Part shown: piece after piece, positions 18,756 through 28,607 of the stretch | Numbering within the stretch: the first letter of the stretch is position 1 | Layout: each line of letters starts with the position of its first letter | DNA from: Chitinophagales bacterium | Lineage (GTDB): Bacteria > Bacteroidota > Bacteroidia > Chitinophagales > UBA10324 | DNA length: 64,000 nucleotides | NCBI GenBank assembly: GCA_038326325.1 | Contig: JBBQJW010000016.1 | Span: 4,264-68,263 of the forward strand | Reading direction: 5' to 3' | The notes under the pieces: model-generated | What the model saw: the letters and a program-made list of their open reading frames with translations, nothing else | Database searches by the model: none | What the model was told of the DNA's origin: nothing | Position numbers and translations under genes: made by a program

Positions 18756-18829
18756 TTTTGTGTTCTGATGATTGTGGGGTAAAATTTGAAACTGTTTTCC
18801 AATGTTCAAAATTTTTTTTCAATTATTTT

Positions 18830-20113
18830 TTAGCGGGCCAGATTTTTATCCAGCACCACTAATTGTTCTCTTCCCGGTCCGGTTGAGAGCAAAGCGACTT
18901 TCACTCCCGATTTTTTTTCTACATACTCAATATAATTTTTCAAACTACCTGAAACTTCTTCCCTGTTTTTTATTGATTCAATTTCTTTCCCCCAACCTTT
19001 CATTGAATCATAAACGGGTTTCACCTCGCTATCGCACAGGTCGTAAGGAATTCCTTCCGAATTTTTTCCATTCAGATTATATGAATCACAAACTTTTATT
19101 TCATCAAAAACTTTAAGCACATCTGCTTTCGTAATAATTAAATGTGTAACACCATTCAGCATAATCACATAGCGAAGGGCAGGCATGTCCATCCAGCCGC
19201 AACGGCGCGGGCGACCTGTAGTAGAACCAAATTCTTTTCCTTCATTGCGCATCATATCGCCATCGCTATCTAACAACTCAGTGGGAAAAGGTCCGCTACC
19301 CACGCGAGTGCAATATGCTTTTGTGATTCCGAAAACATTGCGAATGTGATTTGGAGAAATCCCCAAACCTGTGCAAGCACCTGCTGTAAGTGTGTTTGAA
19401 GATGTGACGAAAGGATAAGTTCCAAAATCAATATCGAGCATTGAACCTTGCGCGCCTTCTGCCAAAACATTTTTATTCAACTTCAACATATCATTGATAA
19501 AATATTCTCCATCCACCAATTTGAAAGAACGAATGCACTCAATGCCTTCAAAAAAATCTTTTTCCATCGAAGGAATATCGTGCTTGTAATCATATTGCTT
19601 CAAAAGCTGATAATGCTTTTCGAGCAACTGCTTGTACTTGTCTTTGAAATTCGGTTTTTCAATATCGCCCACACGCAAACCATTGCGCCCCGTTTTGTCC
19701 ATGTATGCAGGACCGATTCCTTTTAATGTCGAACCGATTTTAGAAATTCCCTTATGTGCTTCCGAAGCAGCGTCAAGCGCACGATGCGACGGAAGAATTA
19801 AATGTGCCTTGCGTGAAATGAAAAGTGTTTTATGTGCATCAACACCAACTGCTTTCAATCCTTCAATTTCTTTTTGAAATGTAACAGGGTCAATCACCAC
19901 TCCGTTGCCAATGAGATTCTGACAACCTGCATTGAAAATTCCGGATGGGATCGTGTGTAACACAAATTTTTTTCCGTTAATATTTAAAGTGTGTCCCGCA
20001 TTGGGTCCGCCCTGAAAGCGCGCCACTAAATCATAATGTGGTGCGAGATAGTCAACTACTTTTCCTTTTCCTTCGTCGCCCCACTGCAACCCGAGTAATA
20101 CATCAATTGGCAT
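18830..20113 (-). CDS. purA: Adenylosuccinate synthase.
   Basis: The N-terminal GLQWGDEGKGKVVDYL P-loop, GPNAGHT, and STTGRPRRCGW are present. The size is 427 aa. Confidence 0.95.
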   Translation of the reverse strand: MPIDVLLGLQWGDEGKGKVVDYLAPHYDLVARFQGGPNAGHTLNINGKKFVLHTIPSGIFNAGCQNLIGNGVVIDPVTFQKEIEGLKAVGVDAHKTLFISRKAHLILPSHRALDAASEAHKGISKIGSTLKGIGPAYMDKTGRNGLRVGDIEKPNFKDKYKQLLEKHYQLLKQYDYKHDIPSMEKDFFEGIECIRSFKLVDGEYFINDMLKLNKNVLAEGAQGSMLDIDFGTYPFVTSSNTLTAGACTGLGISPNHIRNVFGITKAYCTRVGSGPFPTELLDSDGDMMRNEGKEFGSTTGRPRRCGWMDMPALRYVIMLNGVTHLIITKADVLKVFDEIKVCDSYNLNGKNSEGIPYDLCDSEVKPVYDSMKGWGKEIESIKNREEVSGSLKNYIEYVEKKSGVKVALLSTGPGREQLVVLDKNLAR

Positions 20114-20246
20114 TAATTGAAATTTTTGTATTGATAATTTGAGTCGCCGAAATTGCTGTTGAACATTGAGAAAACAAAACTTTAGTTACAAACAATAAGA
20201 GCAATTAAAAGTGAAAAACTAAAAGTGAAAAATCGCTTCAGTAATT

Positions 20247-20849
20247 CTAAAATTCTCCATCCTTCCATCTCCACAAATACATGCAAGCATAAGTTCTGTA
20301 AGGACTCCATGATTCAGAAATCTTTTTCATCCGTACTGCTAATTTTTTCTTGTTGGAAGTTTTTATTCCGTAAAGCGCAATCATTGCCTGCTGAATGCCG
20401 AGGTCATCAACAGCAAACACATCTTCTCTTCCGAGTGTAAACATCAATAACATTTCTACTGTCCATCGGCCGACTCCTTTAATTTCAGTGAGATATTCAA
20501 TCACCTCTTCATTGGTTAATTTATCGAGATGTTTAAAATCCATTCCTTTTTCCATTGCGAAGCGCGCAACATTATGAATGTAATTTGCTTTTGCATTTGA
20601 TAATCCGATTGAGCGAAGTGTTTCGAAAGGTGTTTCAATAATTTGTTGCGGTGTTGGAATTTTTCCTTTATACAATTCAAGAAATCGCTGACGGAAAACA
20701 TCAGCAACTTTTGTTGAAAGTTGTTGCGATAAAATGGATGAGCATAATAAAAAGCAAACATGCTTTCGCTTATTCAATTCGAGTGCACCAATTTTTTTAA
20801 CAACCGGTTTTAATTTTAAATCTTTCGATAAGTGTTTTCGGTAAGGCAT
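20247..20849 (-). CDS. HhH-GPD family DNA glycosylase (DNA-3-methyladenine glycosylase II-like).
   Basis: A helix-hairpin-helix LTEIKGVGRWTVEMLLMF is followed by a GRED.FAVDDLG segment. The size is 200 aa. Confidence 0.8.
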   Translation of the reverse strand: MPYRKHLSKDLKLKPVVKKIGALELNKRKHVCFLLCSSILSQQLSTKVADVFRQRFLELYKGKIPTPQQIIETPFETLRSIGLSNAKANYIHNVARFAMEKGMDFKHLDKLTNEEVIEYLTEIKGVGRWTVEMLLMFTLGREDVFAVDDLGIQQAMIALYGIKTSNKKKLAVRMKKISESWSPYRTYACMYLWRWKDGEF

Positions 20850-20853
20850 TCAG

Positions 20854-21321
20854 CTATGCAGATTTATTTAATCTCTTCTTCTCACAACTTTCGCACAATC
20901 CGTATAAAATCAAAGTGTGATTATCAATTTTAAATTTCAGCAACTCACCCATCTTGGTTGTGATTTGATATATGCGCGGGTCGCAAAACTCAACCACCTT
21001 GTGACAGTCTTTGCAAATAATATGGTCGTGCTGACGGAAGCCAAATGATTTTTCATAGAGCGCCTGATTATTATCGAACTGATGTTTTTTTACCAACTGA
21101 CAATTCGTTAACAGTTCAAGCGTATTATAAACTGTTGCGCGACTGATATGATGTTCCTTCTTTATTAAATCCTGAAATAATTTTTCAGCATCGAAGTGGT
21201 CGTGCCTTTTATAAATCTCCTCAAGAATAGTGTAACGCTCGGGTGTTTTTCGCTGTTTGTTTTCTTCCAGATACTGAGTAAAAAACTCTGTAACCTGTTT
21301 TAATAATTCCTTCTGCTTCAT
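20854..21321 (-). CDS. fur: Fur-family metalloregulator.
   Basis: The winged-helix segment is ISRATVYNTLELL. The metal-site motifs are HDHIICKDC and CESC. Confidence 0.85.
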   Translation of the reverse strand: MKQKELLKQVTEFFTQYLEENKQRKTPERYTILEEIYKRHDHFDAEKLFQDLIKKEHHISRATVYNTLELLTNCQLVKKHQFDNNQALYEKSFGFRQHDHIICKDCHKVVEFCDPRIYQITTKMGELLKFKIDNHTLILYGLCESCEKKRLNKSA

Positions 21322-21336
21322 AAAATTCCTCCAATA

Positions 21337-23664
21337 CTATTTAGCAATTTGTTCAGCAGATGGTTCTTCCTCATATCGTGTAACAGTCAGAATTCCTTCG
21401 AGGTCTTTCATGTGGTCCATCAAATCCTGTAACTGTTGAGTGTCTTTCACAAACACTTTTATTATCCCTTCAAATAATCCATCATTCGTTTCGATTGTAA
21501 TTGATTGCATATTAATTTTTGCTTCGCCCGAAATCACATTTGTGATTTTGTACATGACACCCACATCGTCAATGCCTGTTATTTTTAATCCAGTGAGGAA
21601 AGTTATCTGATGTTGCTTCGTCCACTTTGTGCGCACGATTTTGTAACCATACTTCGCAATGGAATTTATTGCCTTCGGACAATTAGGTCTGTGAATTTCA
21701 ACTTCGCCATTTTTCCCAATGAAACCAAACACATCATCGCCAGGAATTGGTTTGCAACACTCCGCTAAATTGTAATCTACTGTATCAGAACCTTCGCCGA
21801 ACACAAACAGATTTGCATTGTGCTGCAATTTATTTTTTATCGCGAGTTCAACATCCACGCTGCTTTTCTTCTCTTTGTTTCTCAATTCAATTTCATCGCC
21901 CTGCTTCATAAAATTCTGCAACTCGCTGATGTGAAAATTTCCAACACCAATACTGTAATATAAATCGGATAAACTTTTTAGTTTATAAAATGCAAGCACC
22001 TTATTCAGATTCGGATTATTGAAATTCACTTTGTATTCACGAAAAATATTTTCTAATGCTTTTTTCCCAATGGAAATAATTCTTCTACGCTCTTCACGGA
22101 AAATATCTTTGAGTTTCGATTTAGCTTTTGCTGTAACACAATAATTCATCCAGTCTTCTGACGGTTTCATTTTTTTTGAAGTCAGAATTTCCACCTGGTC
22201 GCCATTGCTGAGACGATAACTTATAGGAACAATTTTCTGATTCACCTTTGCACCTATGCAGCGTAAGCCAACATCAGAATGAATTTCAAAAGCGAAATCA
22301 AGAATGGAAGAATTTTTCGGTAACACTTTTAAATCTCCTTTCGGTGTGAATACATAAATTTCATCTGCGAAAAGATTCAGTTTAAAATCGTCAATGAAAT
22401 CAAGTGTGTTCGTATCTGGATTATCAAGCAACTCGCGAATGCTGCGCAGCCAATCATCGACCGCCGATTCACCCGCTTGATTTTCTTTCTCTTTATATTT
22501 CCAATGAGCGGCATAACCCTTCTCTGCAATTTCATCCATGCGCCGTGTGCGAATCTGCACCTCCACCCATTTCCCTTTGGGCCCCATTACGGTCGTATGC
22601 AATGCTTCGTAACCATTTCCTTTCGGGGTGGAAATCCAGTCGCGTAATCGGTCAGGGTTTGGATGATAAAAATCTGTTACAATAGAATACACTCGCCAGC
22701 AATCTGCTTTTTCATTGTCAATATCTGAATCAACAATTATTCGAATCGCGAACTTGTCATATACTTCATCAAACGGAACTCCCTGCTCTTTCATTTTTCT
22801 CCAGATAGAAGAAATAGATTTCGGTCGCCCGAAGATTTCATATTTTTTTATTCCGTGTTCTGCAATTTCTTCTTTAATCGGCTTGATAAATTCATTGATG
22901 TAACGGTCTCTTTCTTTTTTCGAATCTGCAAGTTTTACAGCAATCTGTTTGTAAACTTTCGGTTCAGAATATTTCAACGACAAATCTTCTAGCTCCGATT
23001 TTATCGCGTACAATCCTAAACGATGCGCCAGTGGAACATAGAGGTAAACAGTTTCCGACGCGATTTTTAATTGCTTGTTGCGCGGCATAGAATCCATTGT
23101 GCGCATGTTGTGCAATCTATCGCCAAGCTTGATTAAAATAACACGAACATCTTTTGCAAGTGTGAGCAAAATCTTACGAATATTTTCTGCCTGCACAAAA
23201 CCATGCTGATCAAAAATCACTGAGATTTTTGTCAGTCCGTCAATAATTTCTTTTATTTTTTTCCCGAACTCTCGTTCTACATCTTCCAATGTAATTTCAG
23301 TATCCTCCACCACATCGTGTAACAGTGCACATATAACGCCAACAGGACCAAGCCCAATTTCTTTAGCAACAATCTGCGCAACAGCAAGTGGATGTAAAAT
23401 ATATGGTTCCCCACTTCGGCGCCGCATTTCTTTGTGCGCATCCAATGCAATTTCAAACGCGAGGCGAATTTGTTTGTGGTCGCCCTTTTGCATTTGCGGC
23501 TTCAGCGACGAGAGCAAATTTTTATACTGCTTTAATATTTCTTTCCGCTCAAGATTGGTAATGGAATCTTCTGCTTCTTTTTTTTGAGAAGAAGAATTTG
23601 TTTTTGACGAATGAATTACTTCATCATTGCTAACTTCTTTTTTATTGTCGCTCAGTTCGCTCAT
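21337..23664 (-). CDS. relA: Bifunctional (p)ppGpp synthetase/hydrolase (RelA/SpoT family).
   Basis: The HD domain reads HPLAVAQI...LLHDVVEDT. The RelA_SpoT synthetase core reads RPKSISSIWRKM...DKFAIRIIV. TGS and ACT-like C-terminal regions follow. The size is 775 aa. Confidence 0.95.
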   Translation of the reverse strand: MSELSDNKKEVSNDEVIHSSKTNSSSQKKEAEDSITNLERKEILKQYKNLLSSLKPQMQKGDHKQIRLAFEIALDAHKEMRRRSGEPYILHPLAVAQIVAKEIGLGPVGVICALLHDVVEDTEITLEDVEREFGKKIKEIIDGLTKISVIFDQHGFVQAENIRKILLTLAKDVRVILIKLGDRLHNMRTMDSMPRNKQLKIASETVYLYVPLAHRLGLYAIKSELEDLSLKYSEPKVYKQIAVKLADSKKERDRYINEFIKPIKEEIAEHGIKKYEIFGRPKSISSIWRKMKEQGVPFDEVYDKFAIRIIVDSDIDNEKADCWRVYSIVTDFYHPNPDRLRDWISTPKGNGYEALHTTVMGPKGKWVEVQIRTRRMDEIAEKGYAAHWKYKEKENQAGESAVDDWLRSIRELLDNPDTNTLDFIDDFKLNLFADEIYVFTPKGDLKVLPKNSSILDFAFEIHSDVGLRCIGAKVNQKIVPISYRLSNGDQVEILTSKKMKPSEDWMNYCVTAKAKSKLKDIFREERRRIISIGKKALENIFREYKVNFNNPNLNKVLAFYKLKSLSDLYYSIGVGNFHISELQNFMKQGDEIELRNKEKKSSVDVELAIKNKLQHNANLFVFGEGSDTVDYNLAECCKPIPGDDVFGFIGKNGEVEIHRPNCPKAINSIAKYGYKIVRTKWTKQHQITFLTGLKITGIDDVGVMYKITNVISGEAKINMQSITIETNDGLFEGIIKVFVKDTQQLQDLMDHMKDLEGILTVTRYEEEPSAEQIAK

Positions 23665-23671
23665 TTCATTT

Positions 23672-26386
23672 TCAATTTACGACAATAATTTTTTGCTGCC
23701 ATTGTTGTTTGGGTGAATGGATATTGAGAATATACATTCCTGCTGGATAATTCTTAAGTGTAACAGTATTTAAAGTTGAACCTGTAAATTTTCCAGACTG
23801 CTGTTTCTGCCCTAGTAAATCGTAAATTTCAAAATCATATTTATCTCCATCAGGCAATTGAATAAATAATTTGCCGAACTCTGACTGAACAGGATTAGGA
23901 AACAATTTAATTCCTTCCGGCTCCTGAATTTCTTTTACCGAAACAAGATTCAATGGAGAATCCAAAACCAAAACATAAGACGAATAAGGCTGAAGTGTGT
24001 AAGAACCCCCAACTAAGTTTCCATCCAAATCACGAAATATGGAATCAGCAGAAAGTGTAACAGTAGAAACATTCGGAGAATTATTCATAATCAAAACCGA
24101 CATGCGCGATGAGTCGTGTTTGAGGACTGTAACAGGCAACAGCGAAATATTATCGAAGTAAACGAGTGAGTCGCTTCTATGTAAATAGAAATCCAGTACC
24201 ATAGGATTATCGTTACGCTGAGCTTGAAACAGATAATTAATATCCTTTCTTGAAGTTTCAATCGGAAAATATTTACTCAATCCAATTTCAATGTAAGGAG
24301 AATAGTGCTGAATAATATTTGAAAATAAAATTCCATCCTTTGTTCCTGAACTTGAATAAGACAATTGATAAAACTGATTCTGATCCATTGGAAAAGGTGC
24401 AGAAATAAGTTTTGATTTATCAGAAGGTAGAGTATCAGTCACTTCAAATTTTACACAACCTCCATCCATCATTGTCAAATTATCAAGCAGCAAAGAGCAA
24501 TTAGTGTCGGGTTGGGTAATCCAGTTGTCAAAATTATTTGTGAACTCTCCATTCGTTATCAATTCACTTCCGATTGTATCTGTTACAGAATAATTCTGCC
24601 AGTGAACATTTGAAACATGACTGTTTGAATCCTGCTGAGTGATTTGATTCCAAAGCGAAAGAGAAAATGGTTTGTCAACAACAAAGGAATCAAAATCTGA
24701 TTGCTGTCGAATAGGATAATAATCATAAGGATTGCAGTAATAATTACTATCGCCTTTGATCGGCAAAAAATCATAACTCTTTCCACTTAACTGAAGAGTT
24801 GGTTGTTTATCATTTAACGAATACAAAATATTATGCTGTAACAGTATATTGTTAGTTGAATTCAATTGGTCGCCATCATTAATATATATTTGCCCGTATT
24901 GGTTGTTGAAAAAGGTGTTGTTTTTAATTAAATGATCGTGGTTATATCCGGTAATATATATTCCATAAGAAATTGAATTAACAATTGTGTTGCTTTCAAT
25001 TGTATTACCATGACAAGATAACCCTAAATAAATCCCTGAAGAAACTGGTGATTTTATTGTAGTTCCTTCGATATTAAATCTTGTATCTAAAATGAAATTA
25101 TTCCTTAAAATATTATCATGGGTATTACTTTCAGATAATTTTATCGCCCCCCCCCCCTCTAAAGTGAGCATTGAGTTTTTAATAACATTTCTTTCAATCG
25201 AATTACTATAGCCATATAAATTAACTCCGACATAACCCACACTATCAATATAATTATCGGTAACAGAATTAGAAGCTCCTATATTAATATTGATTGCCTT
25301 TGGAAAATATATTTGCTCTGTGCCAAAACCAATTCTGATTCCTGTCCGAAGGATTTTATTATTTTGAAAACTGCATTGCGAGAAAAAATATCCAAAAATT
25401 GCATCATCTCCACAGTCGCTAATATCGTTGTAACTTATATCAACAGAATTTGAAACTCCTAATAAATTAATTGCATGCTGTCTGATTTTTTTAAATTGAC
25501 AATTAATTATTTTATTATGTGAGATTGAATTTGAAAATCGAATTGCATCCTTTGATTGACCAACAAAACAAATATTGTTGATTGTAATGTAATTAACCAA
25601 TGAGTCGCTAAGAAAACCAAAATTTAAAACAGACGCCTCTACATCAGAAAAATTTAAGTCGATATTTGTCGGGGGAATAATTAATACTTGATTAGTAGCA
25701 GTATCACAGAACCATTCGTTAACTGTATCTAAAGCGGGTAAAAAATCTTCAATAAAGAATCCATTAAAAAGTGGAATTGTGGTAGAAAGCGGATTTGAAA
25801 AATTCAGGAAGCCTTGACTAAAACTATTTATATGAGCTGTTTCACATTGAAAACCAGAAGTTCGAATTACTGCGGTTGAGTTATTCCAATATCCATCTGA
25901 TTGATTCAGATAAGGAGCATAAACAGCAGTATTCAATCCATTGAAATATGTTTGGATATATCCCTTGTTAGGATAGCGGGCTGATTGCATCCAATTATTA
26001 TTAAGCCAAATACTTTTAACATAATTAGAATCTGTTACAGCATAAATGTTTCCGTTATTAGTCCAACCTAATAATTTTTTAAACCCACTAATTATAGGAA
26101 GATTTCCATTGCCATACTTTCCAAAATAAATCGGGGAAGAAATTGTTCCAGTTGCTTTTAAAATTAATGTTCCAAAAAAAGTATCGCCGCATTTCAACAA
26201 AACTGAATCACCTGCAACAACAGTTTGGTTGTTTAATCTATCCAGGGTTTTCCATGGTAAAGCGGGCTGAAAACCTGAGTTTGAATCATTTCCTGATGAA
26301 GAAGAAATATAGTATGTAGCAGAACGAGCGTTATAATTCAAACAAAAAAATGAAAATATAATAAGAAGAAGAATTTTTGAATTCAT
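23672..26386 (-). CDS. T9SS-secreted right-handed parallel beta-helix repeat protein (pectate-lyase fold).
   Basis: A signal peptide is followed by ATYYISSSSGNDSNSGFQPALPWKTL, typical of beta-helix proteins. Many N-x-I/V rung repeats are present. The CTD is IKLFPNPVQSEF...GMYILNIHSPKQQWQQKIIVVN. Confidence 0.85.
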   Translation of the reverse strand: MNSKILLLIIFSFFCLNYNARSATYYISSSSGNDSNSGFQPALPWKTLDRLNNQTVVAGDSVLLKCGDTFFGTLILKATGTISSPIYFGKYGNGNLPIISGFKKLLGWTNNGNIYAVTDSNYVKSIWLNNNWMQSARYPNKGYIQTYFNGLNTAVYAPYLNQSDGYWNNSTAVIRTSGFQCETAHINSFSQGFLNFSNPLSTTIPLFNGFFIEDFLPALDTVNEWFCDTATNQVLIIPPTNIDLNFSDVEASVLNFGFLSDSLVNYITINNICFVGQSKDAIRFSNSISHNKIINCQFKKIRQHAINLLGVSNSVDISYNDISDCGDDAIFGYFFSQCSFQNNKILRTGIRIGFGTEQIYFPKAININIGASNSVTDNYIDSVGYVGVNLYGYSNSIERNVIKNSMLTLEGGGAIKLSESNTHDNILRNNFILDTRFNIEGTTIKSPVSSGIYLGLSCHGNTIESNTIVNSISYGIYITGYNHDHLIKNNTFFNNQYGQIYINDGDQLNSTNNILLQHNILYSLNDKQPTLQLSGKSYDFLPIKGDSNYYCNPYDYYPIRQQSDFDSFVVDKPFSLSLWNQITQQDSNSHVSNVHWQNYSVTDTIGSELITNGEFTNNFDNWITQPDTNCSLLLDNLTMMDGGCVKFEVTDTLPSDKSKLISAPFPMDQNQFYQLSYSSSGTKDGILFSNIIQHYSPYIEIGLSKYFPIETSRKDINYLFQAQRNDNPMVLDFYLHRSDSLVYFDNISLLPVTVLKHDSSRMSVLIMNNSPNVSTVTLSADSIFRDLDGNLVGGSYTLQPYSSYVLVLDSPLNLVSVKEIQEPEGIKLFPNPVQSEFGKLFIQLPDGDKYDFEIYDLLGQKQQSGKFTGSTLNTVTLKNYPAGMYILNIHSPKQQWQQKIIVVN
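25147..25157 (-). repeat. Homopolymeric G11 tract (C11 on the plus strand) inside the beta-helix CDS.
   Basis: TTATCG-CCCCCCCCCCC-TCT encodes LEGGGAI on the coding strand. It is the only G/C run longer than 6 nt that I saw in the window. Confidence 0.9.
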
Positions 26387-26472
26387 AATTTAAAGCAAAA
26401 ACTGTTTAAACAGCCCATCATGTAAAAGTATAATTGATTTTTTCTCCACGAATTAAAATTTCCTTTACCCAT

Positions 26473-27597
26473 TTAGATTGTGACAGAATTTAAATTATCA
26501 GGAAAATATTTTTTTGAAACTTTTTTCCCAAACCGAATTAATGGCATTTCAATCAAATAATACATTGCTGTTGCAATTATTATGGTTGAAAGAATACAAA
26601 ATAGAAGTCCAAACATATAAATATGATTTCCGAAATAAAACAACTCAGCTAAACCCTTTGGATGTCCAATGAAGATGTTAAATATCACAAACCAATGTGT
26701 CAAGTAAACGCTATAACTAATTCTACCTAAAAATAAAAAGGGTTTCCATCGCAATATTTTTTGCCAGGAAGAACTATTAATTGCTTTCCATAAAATCAAA
26801 CAAGATGCAACACCTGTAATATGAAAAGCAGTCAACCCAAAATAATAATTTGGTAAAGAAAAGAAAGTACCAAAAGAAAATATATCATTAAAAAACCTCA
26901 CTGAATATAATATGGCAACTAAAAAATAAAATATCCCCCTGAACGGGTAAATTTTAGAAGATTTAAAATCATGTTTTTTTATTTTATCAAAATTCTTACC
27001 TAACCACACACCAAGAATAAAATGAAATAAAAAAGGACTCAAGACAGAGTTGAAAAAAAACGAAACAAGTATTAACCATTTTAACATTTTAGAATATTTC
27101 AATGCAACTATAATTAATACTGGAACTAACAAAGACAAAGCAATTTCAATTTCGAGCGTCCACCCAGGTAAATAAAATTCATGAACTTTCCTGATTAAAA
27201 GAGCTTCAATAATAAAATTATGATCTTCCTTAAATATTCCATTTAAAAAAAAATCTAATGATAAATATGCTCTGAAGTTATAAAGAAAAAAACAGCTAAT
27301 CATTACAAGATAGGCCGGATAAATTCTGAAAATTCTTTGTATTACAAATGCCGGATAATTTATTTGAACATTAGACTTTTCAGCATTAAAGTACTTATAC
27401 GAAAGTACCAATCCACTCAAAACAAAAAAAAGTGAAACAGCATCTGCTCCATTAAAAATCATTGCCAAAAAATATTGAATTCTTCTTCCATCCCAATAAT
27501 GAAATGTATCAAGAGAAAAAATAAAATGGTAAATCAAAACTGAAAAAGCAGCAAGCCCGCGAATAGAATCTAAATAATCAAGTCTGTTTTTATTCAT
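26473..27597 (-). CDS. Integral-membrane acyltransferase (acyltransferase family 3).
   Basis: The N-terminus reads RLDYLDSIRGLAAFSVLIYH. About 10 predicted TM segments are present. The size is 374 aa. Confidence 0.85.
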   Translation of the reverse strand: MNKNRLDYLDSIRGLAAFSVLIYHFIFSLDTFHYWDGRRIQYFLAMIFNGADAVSLFFVLSGLVLSYKYFNAEKSNVQINYPAFVIQRIFRIYPAYLVMISCFFLYNFRAYLSLDFFLNGIFKEDHNFIIEALLIRKVHEFYLPGWTLEIEIALSLLVPVLIIVALKYSKMLKWLILVSFFFNSVLSPFLFHFILGVWLGKNFDKIKKHDFKSSKIYPFRGIFYFLVAILYSVRFFNDIFSFGTFFSLPNYYFGLTAFHITGVASCLILWKAINSSSWQKILRWKPFLFLGRISYSVYLTHWFVIFNIFIGHPKGLAELFYFGNHIYMFGLLFCILSTIIIATAMYYLIEMPLIRFGKKVSKKYFPDNLNSVTI

Positions 27598-27741
27598 CAG
27601 GCACGAAATGTAACACTAAGTGTCATTGTCAACTTTGTAAAAATATCAACCAAAGTAATGTGAATCAATTTAAATTCATTTCTGTCATTAATTATTTCTG
27701 ACTCTACATTCACCAGAAATAAATTTAAAACAAAAAAAATA

Positions 27742-28506
27742 ATGGCTGCAATCACCCAATCTGGTAAAGAGATGCAAGACGAAAAAACTTCTTCTCTTAA
27801 AAATTTACTCGAGGCAGGTCGAATGTTACAGCAAGCCGGAAATCATCACAGTCCCTTCAGCGAAAAATTAGATTGGATTGAAACACTCATCCATACCGAA
27901 GAATTAGAGCGCCGTCGTTTTGCAGAATATCTAAACGAAGATTTAGGTTCAATGCTCGCAGGAATAAAATTGAAAATGGAGTCGCTGGAAAAAGAAGCAC
28001 AGAAATTTTCTGCTGATGCGAAAGAAAATCTTCATTCAAGTTTACATCTGATTGATGATGCAATAGGGCAAATCAGAAATTTAGCTCATCACGAAATGCC
28101 AATGAATATGGATTTCGGTTTAAACAATGCCATCAACAATTTAGTCAACCGCATTAACGATTCAGGTTTGCTTGCCTTGAAAATTCAGATTGTAAATGCT
28201 GAAATCAGTTTGCCTATTGCTCTTGAGACTTCCGCCTACAGAATTATGCAGGAGTTACTGAAAAATATTATGTATCACTCCAAAGCAGTGAACGCAAATA
28301 TTTTTATGTATCAGCACGGTTCAACATTATTAATTGAAGTATCTGACGATGGTTCAGGATTTAATTATCAAAAAGAGTTACACCATCCGAGAGGTTTGGG
28401 TTTGAAAAAAATATTTCAGCGCGTGCAAATGCTCGGTGGAAAAATTGATGTTCTCTCCACTCATAAAATCGGAACCAAGTTCAGTATTGAAATTCCGTTG
28501 AAATGA
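27742..28506 (+). CDS. Soluble HisKA_3-type histidine-kinase-like protein with an intact HATPase domain but Asn at the expected phospho-His position.
   Basis: The H-box region ERRRFAEYLNEDLGSML compares with the family pattern ERxRIAxxLHDxxGQxL. The N-box is QELLKNIMYHSKA, G1 is VSDDGSGF and G2 is GLGLKKIFQRVQMLGG. There is no TM or sensor domain. Confidence 0.8.
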   Translation: MAAITQSGKEMQDEKTSSLKNLLEAGRMLQQAGNHHSPFSEKLDWIETLIHTEELERRRFAEYLNEDLGSMLAGIKLKMESLEKEAQKFSADAKENLHSSLHLIDDAIGQIRNLAHHEMPMNMDFGLNNAINNLVNRINDSGLLALKIQIVNAEISLPIALETSAYRIMQELLKNIMYHSKAVNANIFMYQHGSTLLIEVSDDGSGFNYQKELHHPRGLGLKKIFQRVQMLGGKIDVLSTHKIGTKFSIEIPLK

Positions 28507-28607
28507 TTTCAACGGCAATTCCACAAACTATAGTTAGTAATAAGTAAGTAGCCAATTTATGATGCGAGTATTCTAATTTTACTTTTGAAATAATCATTCA
28601 TAAACTC

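Noticed and set aside
18496-18768. A 90-aa poly-Ser ORF lies on the plus strand.
   Set aside because: It is the mirror image of the GAT/GAC (Asp) and AAA/AAG runs of the minus-strand acidic-protein ORF. It is pure low complexity with no independent coding signal.
20225-20440. A 71-aa plus-strand ORF starts at a GTG within the tandem AAAAGTGAAAAA repeat.
   Set aside because: It overlaps the 3' part of the well-supported HhH-GPD glycosylase gene on the opposite strand, and its product is low complexity with no signal.
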